Assembly (NCBI GenBank): GCA_039801885.1 | Contig: JBDRVN010000010.1 | Location: 1 to 39,376, forward strand | Direction: 5' to 3' | DNA: 39,376 bases | From: a candidate division WOR-3 bacterium | GTDB taxonomy: Bacteria; Hydrothermota; Tepidihabitantia; Tepidihabitantales; DTDR01 | Shown here: piece by piece, positions 1-9,633 of the stretch | How positions within the stretch are numbered: position 1 is the stretch's first letter | How the letters are laid out: each line of letters begins with the position of its first letter | Position numbers and translations under genes: made by a program | The notes under the pieces: model-generated | Seen by the model: the letters and a program-made list of their open reading frames with translations, nothing else | Database searches by the model: none | What the model was told of the DNA's origin: nothing

Positions 1-3000
1 GTTGATTCAATACCGGAATCTACTGCTATTTCTCCAAGGGCAGTCGTTAAAAATTATGGAAATTTAGTTGAGACATTTAATGTTCGTTTTAAAATCGGTA
101 ATGTTTACGATACAACAGTTCAAGTATTTTCATTAGAGCCGGATTCCAGTCGGGAAATTACTTTTGCTCCCCAATGGATTTCAATAAGAGGAAATTATTT
201 GGTCTCTTGTTCAACTGAATTGGTTTTGGATGATAACAATAGTAATGATAAAAAAGATACTAATTTATTAGTTTATGCTTATGATATTGGTGTTACTGAG
301 ATTTTAGAACCAAAAGGTTATTTATATGAAGGTAATCTTATTTTGCCAAAAGCAAAAGTGAAGAATTTTGGCAACCGACCTGTTTCCTGTTCTATCTATT
401 TTGCCATTGGTGATACTTGGCGGCAAGCATATGTGTCAATCCTTTTACCTGATAGCGAAAGGATAATTACATTCACCCCCGGTTGGCAGGCATATCGGGG
501 CTTTTATATTGTAAAATGTTCAACAGATTTAATAAATGATATGTATCATTACAACGATGTCTTAATTGATTCGGTAAAGGTTTTACCGGCAACCAGAATG
601 GCAATCTATTTCCAAGACTTTAATAGTAGTTGGAGCACTGTCTCACCGCCTCCCGGTTGGCGAATATACTTTACTGGTGATACTTCGGAAAATGATTGGC
701 ATCGGAAATTAGCAAATCAAGCACCTTGGACTCAAAATCCAACACCTTATCCAGCAATTTTCTATCGCTATACTTCTGATTCTCCTGATTCTTTAATCTC
801 TCCTACTATAAATTGTCAGGCTTTTAGAAATATCCTGCTTAAAGTTAATATGAATTTTAAAAAACGGGGAAATAATTACACTGCCAAGATTATGGGTCGA
901 GATAATCTTTTTGATGCCTGGTATTTGATTAAGGAATATACCGATAATTTTGGACCAGCAATTGATTCCTTTAGATTGCCATGGGCTGATGGTAAAAGCG
1001 AAGTAGAAATTGCTTTTGTTTTTGAAGGTAATTTAGAAGATATCTATTATTGGTGTCTTGATGATTTTGGACTTTATGGCGATACTGTTTATGATTATGA
1101 TGTTACTGTCTTAGAAGCAATATCGCCAAGAAGTTTTGAATTACCTCAACCAATTCCCATCAATTGTAAGATTGCTAATATTGGTAGACAAGATATCCCT
1201 GCTTGCACAGCGATTGCTTTGATTAAAGATACCTTTGGCAATTTTGTTTATAATGATAGTGTTATAACTCCGATTAATAGTGGTGAGACATTGACTATTA
1301 GTTTTACTGGTTGGATTCCGGATACCGGTCATTATCAAGTAAAGTTCTTTGCCCAAATTGGTGGTGATGAAAATCCCTTTAATGATACAATAACCTATTC
1401 CTGTTATGTTAATTGGGAAAAACTTTATTATTATGATGATGGTATTGCCTATCGGGATACTGCCTTCTATCTTTTTGACCAAGGAATGGGTGTAAGGTAT
1501 ATTCCAGAAATGTATCCGGCAACAATTAAAGAGGCTCATTTATATTTAAATATTGATACGATAAGTTATGCCAATCGTTTTAAGATTAGAATTGTAAAAG
1601 ATAATGGTCCGGATTCTTCACCAGGAACAATGCTTTATGAAAGTCCAGAAATTGCTGGGTTTACCGGTTGGAATAGTTTTCAATTGCCAATTCAATTGAC
1701 AATTGATTCCGGTGGTTTTTATATCTTCTATCTCCAAACTGACGATATGAATAATACGCCGAAATTGGCAAGAGATAGGGCTCGCGCAATTTCTGCTCTT
1801 CATAGATACTATTTTGTTGATGATGGTGATTCACTTTTCTATAAGAAAGATACGACAAATGGTGATTGGATGATTAGGGTTGTTATTGATTATCAACAGT
1901 ATATGCCGCCACCATTCCCAGACTGGCGGGTTAATTTTGTTTATCGACCAAGAGGTGAATTAGGATTAAGACCAAAAGGTATTAGTTATAAACCAATGGC
2001 AGTTATCCAAAATGTTTCTACTTGGACGGTTACTAACGCACCGGTTAGTTGTACAATTTATGATTCTTTAATGAATGTGGTTTATAATTCCTATCATACG
2101 GTTCCTTCGCTTGGGGCTAACGAAGTTCTTTTTGATACCTTCTTACCTTATTGGCAACCACAATTAGGTGGTAAGTATTATGTAAAATTTATAACCCATG
2201 TTCCTGGAGATAACAATTTTGATAACGATACCGCAACTAAGATAATTTATATTGCACCACCCCTTTATACTGGTGGACCTGACCACGGATTTTATCGCCA
2301 TTTCTGGATTGATTCGGATACAGTTGGTGGTCCACAATTTAGTTGGATTGATACAACAAATACATTTAGATTAATCACTGAAGGAGATAATGCCGTTGTC
2401 GGAATTAATTTGCCCTTTAATTTTGAGTTTTATGAGACTACTTATAATTACTTATGGATTGGAGTTGATGGTTTTGTTGCCTTTGGTGAGAGACCGCAAG
2501 GAACTGGGAACAATACCCAAATTCCCTATTATTCAAGTCCAAACAATGCCATTTTTGCCTATTGGGATGATTTGATTTGTGGTAGAGATTTCGGTGGAGG
2601 TAGTATTTCTTATAAAGTTATTGGTGAAAAACCAGAGAGGAAAGTAGTTGTCATCTATCAAAATATGAGAAGGAAAGGAACAAATTATCAAGACCCAAAA
2701 GCCGGCATTACCTTTGAAATTATCTTGCAAGAGAATGGCAATATCATTGTTCAATATTTAGATGTCCATTGTGGCGATAGAAGGTTTAATTATGGAAGAA
2801 GCGCTTCGGTCGGTATTGAAGATTCTACCGGCAACATTGGTTTAGAATATCTTTATGGTGAAGGGAAGATACCTCATAATTATCCCGGAAATAAATTAAC
2901 CGATAGTTTGGCAATCTCTTTCTATCGCTATTTCAAAGATTGTGGAATTGTTAGATTAATTTCACCAAGAAGAGGAACCTTTATTGGCGATATAAGACCA

Positions 3001-4488
3001 AATTATCTTGTGAAGAATTTGGGAACTTTGAATGCTGACACATTAAAAGGATATGCGAAAATCTTTGATAACTTTAATAACCTTATCTATTTTGATTCAG
3101 TAATTACTAATTTAAATGCTGGTGACTCAATTAATTTAACCTTTCCATTAATCAATCTATCTTATGGCCGTTACACAATCGCTTGTTCTTTATGGACAAG
3201 TGAGGATATATATCCCGAAAACGATACTTTAACATTGAAATTTGAAGTTAACAAATGGATAGAACTGGCACCGATACCAAGAGGTTCTTATAACCGAAGA
3301 GTAAAGTGGGGAGCAATTGCTTATGTGCCAAATGAAAGAAGGGTTTATGCTTTGAAAGGTGCTAATACTAATGAATTTTGGTATTATGATGTAGAAAAGG
3401 ATACTTGGGATACGATGCCTTCCTTACCTGATTCTTCAATTTATACTCATAAAAGAAGAAGAGTAAAATATGGTTGTGCAATGACTTATTCACCTGCGGA
3501 TAACAGAATTTATGTAACAAAAGGCGGCAGAGGACAAGAATTTTACGCCTTTGATTTGGCAAGTAGAGCCTGGACTGAATTATGCACAATTCCGAAATTG
3601 GCACCAACTTTAAGGGTTTATGGCTTTGGTAAGGGAACTGCTTTGGTTTATGAACCTAATACGCAGATGATTTACGCTACAAAGGGAAGTAATACTAATG
3701 AATTCTGGGTATATAATCCTTTAACTAATCGTTGGGCAAAAAAAGCAGAAGTTCCCAGGGTTCCTTCTTTAAAAACTTGTGGTATTGGTACAGCAATGAC
3801 CGCTGGTGATGGCAGAATCTATTTAGTAAAAGGTAAAAATACCTATGATTTCTATTCCTATAATCCAGTTACTGATTCCTGGAAGGAATTAAGATCGGTT
3901 ACTTTTAAACCAAGCGGTAAACGGGTTACAAAGGGCGCAGCAATTACTTATTTCAATAATAAAGTCTATCTCGTTAAAGGCGGTAATTCCCAAGATTTTG
4001 TCTCTTATGATGTCTTTGCTGATTCTTGGGTGGTGAAAGATACCGTACCAAGAGGTCGTTATAAGAGAAAGATAAAGCAAGGTGCGGCAATGACCTGTTC
4101 AGATGACGGAATTATCTATCTCTTTAAAGGCGGCAATGTTAATGAATTCTGGGCATATTCAACACAATTTGATACCATCTTTACTTTAACTTCACCGACA
4201 TTAAAGAAGTCAATAATGGAAGAAGAAGTTAAGAAATTAGAAGAAGCCTTTGGAGTTAAGATTTATCCTAATCCCGCAACAAAAGTCATTTATTTCAAGA
4301 TAAATAACACAAGCGATATAAAAGAAATCAAAATCTATAATTCCATTGGTTCAGTAGTTAAAGATATTAAAATTACCAAAAAAGGAATATATTACTGGAA
4401 CTTTAAAAAAGAAAAAATACCAAAAGGAATTTATCTCATCAAGATAAAAGGTAAAGAAGAAAGGAAAATAAAAGTTATTTTAATGTAA
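1..4488 (+). CDS. Large secreted/surface protein (5'-truncated): repeated CARDB-like Ig domains, Kelch-like beta-propeller, C-terminal T9SS type A-like sorting domain
   Basis: Frame is open from base 1 (VDSIPESTAISPRAVVKNYGN...), so the true start lies upstream of the window. Recurrent 'D(I/V)GV..I..P...VKN.G...D.N..ND' CARDB-like units, six 'Y..KG.N..(E/D)F..Y' Kelch-like repeats, and a tail 'IYPNPA...IKIYNSIGSVVK...KGIYLIKI'. Confidence 0.85.
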   Translation, partial: VDSIPESTAISPRAVVKNYGNLVETFNVRFKIGNVYDTTVQVFSLEPDSSREITFAPQWISIRGNYLVSCSTELVLDDNNSNDKKDTNLLVYAYDIGVTEILEPKGYLYEGNLILPKAKVKNFGNRPVSCSIYFAIGDTWRQAYVSILLPDSERIITFTPGWQAYRGFYIVKCSTDLINDMYHYNDVLIDSVKVLPATRMAIYFQDFNSSWSTVSPPPGWRIYFTGDTSENDWHRKLANQAPWTQNPTPYPAIFYRYTSDSPDSLISPTINCQAFRNILLKVNMNFKKRGNNYTAKIMGRDNLFDAWYLIKEYTDNFGPAIDSFRLPWADGKSEVEIAFVFEGNLEDIYYWCLDDFGLYGDTVYDYDVTVLEAISPRSFELPQPIPINCKIANIGRQDIPACTAIALIKDTFGNFVYNDSVITPINSGETLTISFTGWIPDTGHYQVKFFAQIGGDENPFNDTITYSCYVNWEKLYYYDDGIAYRDTAFYLFDQGMGVRYIPEMYPATIKEAHLYLNIDTISYANRFKIRIVKDNGPDSSPGTMLYESPEIAGFTGWNSFQLPIQLTIDSGGFYIFYLQTDDMNNTPKLARDRARAISALHRYYFVDDGDSLFYKKDTTNGDWMIRVVIDYQQYMPPPFPDWRVNFVYRPRGELGLRPKGISYKPMAVIQNVSTWTVTNAPVSCTIYDSLMNVVYNSYHTVPSLGANEVLFDTFLPYWQPQLGGKYYVKFITHVPGDNNFDNDTATKIIYIAPPLYTGGPDHGFYRHFWIDSDTVGGPQFSWIDTTNTFRLITEGDNAVVGINLPFNFEFYETTYNYLWIGVDGFVAFGERPQGTGNNTQIPYYSSPNNAIFAYWDDLICGRDFGGGSISYKVIGEKPERKVVVIYQNMRRKGTNYQDPKAGITFEIILQENGNIIVQYLDVHCGDRRFNYGRSASVGIEDSTGNIGLEYLYGEGKIPHNYPGNKLTDSLAISFYRYFKDCGIVRLISPRRGTFIGDIRPNYLVKNLGTLNADTLKGYAKIFDNFNNLIYFDSVITNLNAGDSINLTFPLINLSYGRYTIACSLWTSEDIYPENDTLTLKFEVNKWIELAPIPRGSYNRRVKWGAIAYVPNERRVYALKGANTNEFWYYDVEKDTWDTMPSLPDSSIYTHKRRRVKYGCAMTYSPADNRIYVTKGGRGQEFYAFDLASRAWTELCTIPKLAPTLRVYGFGKGTALVYEPNTQMIYATKGSNTNEFWVYNPLTNRWAKKAEVPRVPSLKTCGIGTAMTAGDGRIYLVKGKNTYDFYSYNPVTDSWKELRSVTFKPSGKRVTKGAAITYFNNKVYLVKGGNSQDFVSYDVFADSWVVKDTVPRGRYKRKIKQGAAMTCSDDGIIYLFKGGNVNEFWAYSTQFDTIFTLTSPTLKKSIMEEEVKKLEEAFGVKIYPNPATKVIYFKINNTSDIKEIKIYNSIGSVVKDIKITKKGIYYWNFKKEKIPKGIYLIKIKGKEERKIKVILM

Positions 4489-5964
4489 AAATTTAGTATT
4501 TCGCTTTAAGATAACTAATTTCTCTAATTTATTGGAGTATAAAAAATAAATACCGTATTTTAGTTTTTCTATTTTTCTTCCGGTAGCATCAAAGATAGAA
4601 TTGAAATCTCTTTTTGGTAAATTCTTATTTTCTTTCAAAGAAGTGGTAAAGGTATCGCCTTCTAAACAATAGACAAAACCTGGCTGGGTTTGGAATTGAT
4701 TACCAGCAAGCACATCATCTAAATTATCGCCATTCACATCTCTTATACTTCTTACAGAATTTACCCAACCAATCGTATTATATTGCCAGATTATTTGTCC
4801 ATTGCTACCTTCTAAAACATAAATATTACCGTCACCAGAGCCGGCAACAACATCTTTTTTACCATTTAAATTGACATCGCCAATCGGATAAACTGTCCAA
4901 ACCATACCACCGGTTGGTCTTCGCCAGATTTCGTTACCGGTTCTGCCGTCCAAAAAGATTACCGCATAATTCATTGAGCCAACAATCACTTCCCAAATAC
5001 TATCACCATTAATATCTTCCAAAACTTCAATCCTCATTCCATCATTACCAATATCTCTTTGCCAGATTACCTGTCCGTTACTTCCTTCTAAACAGAAAAT
5101 AATATTACTCCAAGAAGATGCCAACGCATCATCAATTCCATTGCCATTAACATCGGGAATTGACCTAACACAATAGACGTCGCCACCAGTATTAAAAGAC
5201 CAAAGGATAGTTGGGTTATTTCCTCGGCTATTACCACTGATACAATAAATTCTTCTATCTGTTCCATTTCCCCAGGCACCAGCCAAGACATCATCATAAC
5301 CATCATTATTTACATCCCTAATTGAATGAACTGAGCCAATCGCATCTTCTGCCCGAAATCGCCAGATTATATTACCGGTTCTTCCGGAAAAACAGAATAC
5401 TGTTTGGCAATCGGTTCCAGTACCAGCAATTACTTCCCAAATACTATCGCCATCAATATCTCTTAATGGATTTACCGAATAGACCCAACCTGAACCATAA
5501 GGGTCATTATAGGTATTATAAGACCAAATTGTGCTGCCATCGCGCCCGCTAATCGCAAAAATTGTCCTACCACCCCAAGCAGTTCCTAAAAGGGCATCGC
5601 CATAACCATCGTTATTTAAATCAGGGATATAAGAGATACATTGGTCGCCCCAACCACCACTATTACTCAATCCACCTTGCGGCCAGACTGCCCAAATTGT
5701 CTCACCACTATTTCCTGAAAGACAAAAGAAATGGGCATTACCAGTTGCACCGGCATCATAAGATTCTGCCAAAACATCAGGATAGCCATCATTATTCACA
5801 TCAAAGAATTCCGAAACACATTCCATATCGTCAATCCCTTGAAAAGTCCAAAGAAGATGTTGGAGATAGATTTTATAACTACTTTCAATACGCATCTCCT
5901 CTAAAACTTTTACATTATTATCAGGGATTTGAAAGATTAAAATAAAGGTTAATAAAAAATTCAT
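4480..5964 (-). CDS. Secreted FG-GAP/PQQ-like beta-propeller repeat protein with degenerate T9SS-like C-terminal tail
   Basis: Hydrophobic N-terminus. About eight repeats of 'D(V/I/L)N.DG..D(V/A)L.G' plus 'CL.G..G..IW'. Tail 'IFDATGRKI....GIYFL....KLVILK'. SD AAGGAGG upstream on the minus strand. Confidence 0.8.
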   Translation of the reverse strand: MNFLLTFILIFQIPDNNVKVLEEMRIESSYKIYLQHLLWTFQGIDDMECVSEFFDVNNDGYPDVLAESYDAGATGNAHFFCLSGNSGETIWAVWPQGGLSNSGGWGDQCISYIPDLNNDGYGDALLGTAWGGRTIFAISGRDGSTIWSYNTYNDPYGSGWVYSVNPLRDIDGDSIWEVIAGTGTDCQTVFCFSGRTGNIIWRFRAEDAIGSVHSIRDVNNDGYDDVLAGAWGNGTDRRIYCISGNSRGNNPTILWSFNTGGDVYCVRSIPDVNGNGIDDALASSWSNIIFCLEGSNGQVIWQRDIGNDGMRIEVLEDINGDSIWEVIVGSMNYAVIFLDGRTGNEIWRRPTGGMVWTVYPIGDVNLNGKKDVVAGSGDGNIYVLEGSNGQIIWQYNTIGWVNSVRSIRDVNGDNLDDVLAGNQFQTQPGFVYCLEGDTFTTSLKENKNLPKRDFNSIFDATGRKIEKLKYGIYFLYSNKLEKLVILKRNTKFLH

Positions 5965-5976
5965 CTTTGCCTCCTT

Positions 5977-8900
5977 TTAAATAATATTAAACAATTTTTT
6001 AACTAATAAATCAATTTCCTTTTCTAATTTTTCTATTTCCTTATCCTTTCCTTCTTCTTTCAATTTATGACATTCTTTTGAAAGATAAGAAATTTGTTTA
6101 TGGATTTCATTATTTGGGTCAAATTTGGGAATGCCGATATGTTCCATTACTAAAGGTGTGCCAAAACCCCTACCAGGTGAAGAGAAGGATTTAACAAATT
6201 CTCGGACAGGATTTGAATTGATAATCGCACAGAGATAATGGGCTTCGGATTCGTTATTTGTTGGGATAAATGCTGTAGTCTCAAGTGAAATAGCAGTTTT
6301 AAATCCAAAGGGAGTTTTTAATTGAGAAATTACGACGGCTATTAAATCGTTAGTCATACGTTTCCAAACCACTTTATAACGAGCAAAGGTTTCCTCTGAA
6401 ATGTTAAATTGACTGTAAAAGGGAGCATTGACTTGCTTGTGATATTTTTTGTATAATGGACGGTTTAAAAGGATATCTTTGAATTTTAGGAGATAATTAT
6501 AAGTTCTTGGATAATTTTTCTGCATAAAATCTTCTGGATAGCCACGTCGGGTTTTTGGGTTCTGGACTACTAACATAAAAATTTGTGGTTTTACTTTCCA
6601 TCTTTCTATATCCGCCCCCCGAATGGCCGGATAAACTAAATTTTGTTCTATTCTTTCCTCAACTTGTTGAATTTTTAATTTTCCTTCTTCAGTTAAATTG
6701 CGAATAATCAAATCCCCATTTGACAAAATCTGCTTTATTTTCAGCCAAAAAACACCATAAGGATTTGGATTCGCACCTAAAATGGCTTTGTAATAATTTT
6801 TACCTTTAATGCCTGATAGTTTTTCTAATTCAGCAGATTGAGTTTGCCATGCTCCAACATTGGTTTTAATTGGTTTTGCTATTAGTTTCTTTCTATCTAA
6901 TGAATCTAAAACTTCATCTAATAATTTATCAGTAGGAATTTTACTTACTCTTTTTTTTCTTGTCCAAACAAAATAGGGTAACGGATATTTTGTTTTCTCA
7001 CCTTTTTTAAGAATTATCATTGCCGTCTTATTTGCTGCTCCTTCAAATGGTTTAATAGCAACTAAATCGTGGGCTTTTATTACTTTTAAATATTCTTTAT
7101 CTCCAATTTGAAATCTTCTGAATCCTTCACCAGCACCTTTTGACTTAAAAACTTCTTGGGTTATTAGAAATCCCAATTTACCATTATTATTTAAATAATT
7201 ATCGCAAGAAGCATAAGTAAAAAGCATTGAGAAATCTTTTTTGCCTCCGCCGAGACGTGTTTGAAAACCTTTTAAAGAAAATAATCCATATTCTTTCCAA
7301 AGTTGAAGAGTAGCATTACGATATTCTTCTGAAAGATAATCCCATCTAATCCAAGGTGGATTACCAACGAGAAAATCAAACTTTCCTGCTATCATTGGCG
7401 CAAAGGCATTTTTTAGAAATCTTGCCCAAATACCATTTTTATTTTCTTTTTCTAAATCTAAAATCTCTTTATAAAAATTCTCAATTATCTTTTCATTTGG
7501 CTTAAATAAAATTCCTGCTTTTTTGAAATGTTCCATCGCAATTTTAGGTTCAATCTGATTTTTTACATCTCTTTCTATTAAGGAAGCAGCCGTTTTTATA
7601 TATTCAGGATTTTTTATCCAAACAGCAGGAATGTGAAATTCTTTTATTGAAGTTTTTATTGTAATTTCACCAAAAGAAAGATTGTAATTAGTGCCAATTC
7701 TTTCTGGCCATAAAACCGAATCACAAAGATAAACAGGAATTTCAATATTACCACCTTTATCAATATATTCATTTACTAATTCACCTAAAGAAAGAAGATA
7801 ATTTGTTCGGCAAGAAATTACTGCTAAAGGATTTAAATCAAATCCCCAAATATTATTTAATATCCTTTTAATAATCTCAATATTTGGATAATCTTTTTCT
7901 TTTCCATATTTTATTGCCCTTTGGATTGCTAATACTAAGAAAGTGCCTGAACCGCAGGCTGGGTCAAGTAATCTTTTATCAATATTACCATCATAGCCAA
8001 CTTCTTCTAATACCAACTCGGCCAGCCAATCAGGAGTATAATATTCACCCAAATTATGTCTTATTTCCTTCGGAACTAAATATTGATATAGTTTTTTAAG
8101 AAGGTCTCTTGTTAAATCTGGTTCAATTATGTTTGTTGCCGGTTCAAACTCTTCTAAACCGCGAAGAATTTCTCTAATCGCATCTTTCAATTCGGGCGAA
8201 TCCAAAGCAGAAAGATACCAACAAAAGAAATCTCCTTCTAAAAAATTGGTAATACCTTTTTGAGCATAAATACTACCATCTTCAATCTCTGCTAATTCTC
8301 TTTTAAGTTCTTCGTCAGAAAGATTGATAAGACGAGAGACAAAAGAGGAAGAGAAAGAACTTTCTCTTAAAGTTAGTATTTCAGCAGTTAAGAGTTTCAT
8401 TAAAAAGGTAAAATAAGTATGAATAGAAAACAAAATCTCTTGAAAATTAAAATCTTTCCTTATGGTATAAATCTGATAAAATCTATCTATTCCTTTACCA
8501 TAACTACTATTAAAACCTTCGCCATAAACAATTCCAAATAATCTCTTCCACTCATCAAAATAAGTTTTTGTTTTGGTTTGATTTCCCCAGTGTTTTAAAG
8601 CATTTAAAAAAGCAGGAATGACATCAGCAGCAATTCCTTTCTCACCAAATTTTTTAGAGAGATTATCAGCAGTTAAGGGAATACGAGATAAACCACGTAA
8701 ATGGATTAAAAAGGTTTTAGCGGTTTCCAGATTAAAATCATAAGGTCCTTCAATAATAAAATCTTTCTCATCGAGTTCTATTTTTGGTCTCTCTTTCTTT
8801 CCTCTATAACGAACAAAAAAGATTTTATAACCATCAAAACCAACGCCAATATATTTTGCTTCGTAGATAAAAAGCTCTTTTTTCTCTTCTTCTGAAAATC

Positions 8901-9189
8901 CTTTGATATATTTTACCAATTGTTCAAAGGCATTATCAATTGCTTTTTTACTTCTAAAGGCATTGGGATGCTCATATTCAATAATTAATTTTCCGTGCAC
9001 CGCATCAGGACGACCAGTATAAATAGATTTTTCATATTGAGTAAAATATTTTAAATTTAAGGATTTTTTAATTGGTTCCAGAATCTTTTCAAAACCAATC
9101 CTTAAATCTTCCTCATTCTTTGTCTGCCTTAGAAGTTTTTTAGTTTCTTCTACTAATTTATCAGCCAAAGAAAATAAATCCTCTTTCAT
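5977..9189 (-). CDS. Type IIG (Eco57I-like) restriction-modification fusion: N-terminal nuclease, N6-adenine methyltransferase, C-terminal specificity region
   Basis: GEYYTP, LDPACGSGTFL (motif I), GFDLNPLAV and VGNPPW (motif IV). N-terminal 'RPDAVHGKLIIEYE' PD-(D/E)xK-like motif. 1070 aa. Confidence 0.85.
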   Translation of the reverse strand: MKEDLFSLADKLVEETKKLLRQTKNEEDLRIGFEKILEPIKKSLNLKYFTQYEKSIYTGRPDAVHGKLIIEYEHPNAFRSKKAIDNAFEQLVKYIKGFSEEEKKELFIYEAKYIGVGFDGYKIFFVRYRGKKERPKIELDEKDFIIEGPYDFNLETAKTFLIHLRGLSRIPLTADNLSKKFGEKGIAADVIPAFLNALKHWGNQTKTKTYFDEWKRLFGIVYGEGFNSSYGKGIDRFYQIYTIRKDFNFQEILFSIHTYFTFLMKLLTAEILTLRESSFSSSFVSRLINLSDEELKRELAEIEDGSIYAQKGITNFLEGDFFCWYLSALDSPELKDAIREILRGLEEFEPATNIIEPDLTRDLLKKLYQYLVPKEIRHNLGEYYTPDWLAELVLEEVGYDGNIDKRLLDPACGSGTFLVLAIQRAIKYGKEKDYPNIEIIKRILNNIWGFDLNPLAVISCRTNYLLSLGELVNEYIDKGGNIEIPVYLCDSVLWPERIGTNYNLSFGEITIKTSIKEFHIPAVWIKNPEYIKTAASLIERDVKNQIEPKIAMEHFKKAGILFKPNEKIIENFYKEILDLEKENKNGIWARFLKNAFAPMIAGKFDFLVGNPPWIRWDYLSEEYRNATLQLWKEYGLFSLKGFQTRLGGGKKDFSMLFTYASCDNYLNNNGKLGFLITQEVFKSKGAGEGFRRFQIGDKEYLKVIKAHDLVAIKPFEGAANKTAMIILKKGEKTKYPLPYFVWTRKKRVSKIPTDKLLDEVLDSLDRKKLIAKPIKTNVGAWQTQSAELEKLSGIKGKNYYKAILGANPNPYGVFWLKIKQILSNGDLIIRNLTEEGKLKIQQVEERIEQNLVYPAIRGADIERWKVKPQIFMLVVQNPKTRRGYPEDFMQKNYPRTYNYLLKFKDILLNRPLYKKYHKQVNAPFYSQFNISEETFARYKVVWKRMTNDLIAVVISQLKTPFGFKTAISLETTAFIPTNNESEAHYLCAIINSNPVREFVKSFSSPGRGFGTPLVMEHIGIPKFDPNNEIHKQISYLSKECHKLKEEGKDKEIEKLEKEIDLLVKKLFNII

Positions 9190-9195
9190 ATTTTA

Positions 9196-9224
9196 AATAT
9201 AAACATTTTTTTAAGAAATATCAA
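9196..9224 (-). promoter_or_regulatory. sigma70-type promoter of the R-M gene (leaderless configuration)
   Basis: TTGATA-N17-TATATT, then 6 nt to ATG; no SD. Confidence 0.5.
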
Positions 9225-9250
9225 TAATATTAATCAATTTGGAAATTATT

Positions 9251-9550
9251 AGGATATTTACCAGAATTAATATCTAAGAGCCTCCGAAGATTACCAACAA
9301 TATGCCTCCAAATAAAACATTTATAAAGACGAATAACAAAGCACCTATTAAAACGAATGATAACACTCTTATGAAGGCGAATAATAATATGCTTTTTAAG
9401 AACAACGATAAGAGACTTCCAAAGACGAACATAAGAGCATAGGGGGAGCCGTTCCCTATCTTTCTTTTGAAATTGAGATAAATATTTGAAATATAAAGAC
9501 TTAGAAGAAATTTCCTGTCTTAAAAATTTTGCATGGGATGCCAATTTTTA
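9251..9550. repeat. Dispersed intergenic repeat, copy 1, with an internal degenerate 24-bp tandem array
   Basis: Shares exact blocks AAGACGAACATAAG (9422-9435), CGTTCCCTAT (9450-9459), CTTAAAAATTTT and GATGCCAATTTT (9537-9548) with 25605-25840. Five 24-bp units at 9321-9440. Confidence 0.8.
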
Positions 9551-9575
9551 AATGTCCTTTTTGAATTATTTATTT

Positions 9576-9603
9576 TTGACTTTTTATTTATTTATTTTAT
9601 AAT
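9576..9603 (+). promoter_or_regulatory. sigma70-type promoter of the hbd operon
   Basis: TTGACT-N16-TATAAT, followed by SD AGGAGG before ATG 9634. Confidence 0.6.
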
Positions 9604-9633
9604 TTATTTAATTTAAATAAATAGGAGGTCGAG

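Noticed and set aside
199-201. Track start of the giant protein at TTG 199
   Set aside because: The frame is open and CARDB-like from base 1, so the gene begins upstream of the window.
9321-9440. Possible CRISPR array
   Set aside because: Units are contiguous and degenerate, with no unique spacers and no cas genes.
9230-9544. 104-aa minus-strand ORF with 8-residue repeats (IIIRLHKS/VIIRFNRC/FVIRLYKC)
   Set aside because: TTG start without an SD, and the periodicity simply mirrors the 24-bp DNA repeat. The homologous copy at 25.8 kb hits a stop after about 7 codons, so it is probably not coding.
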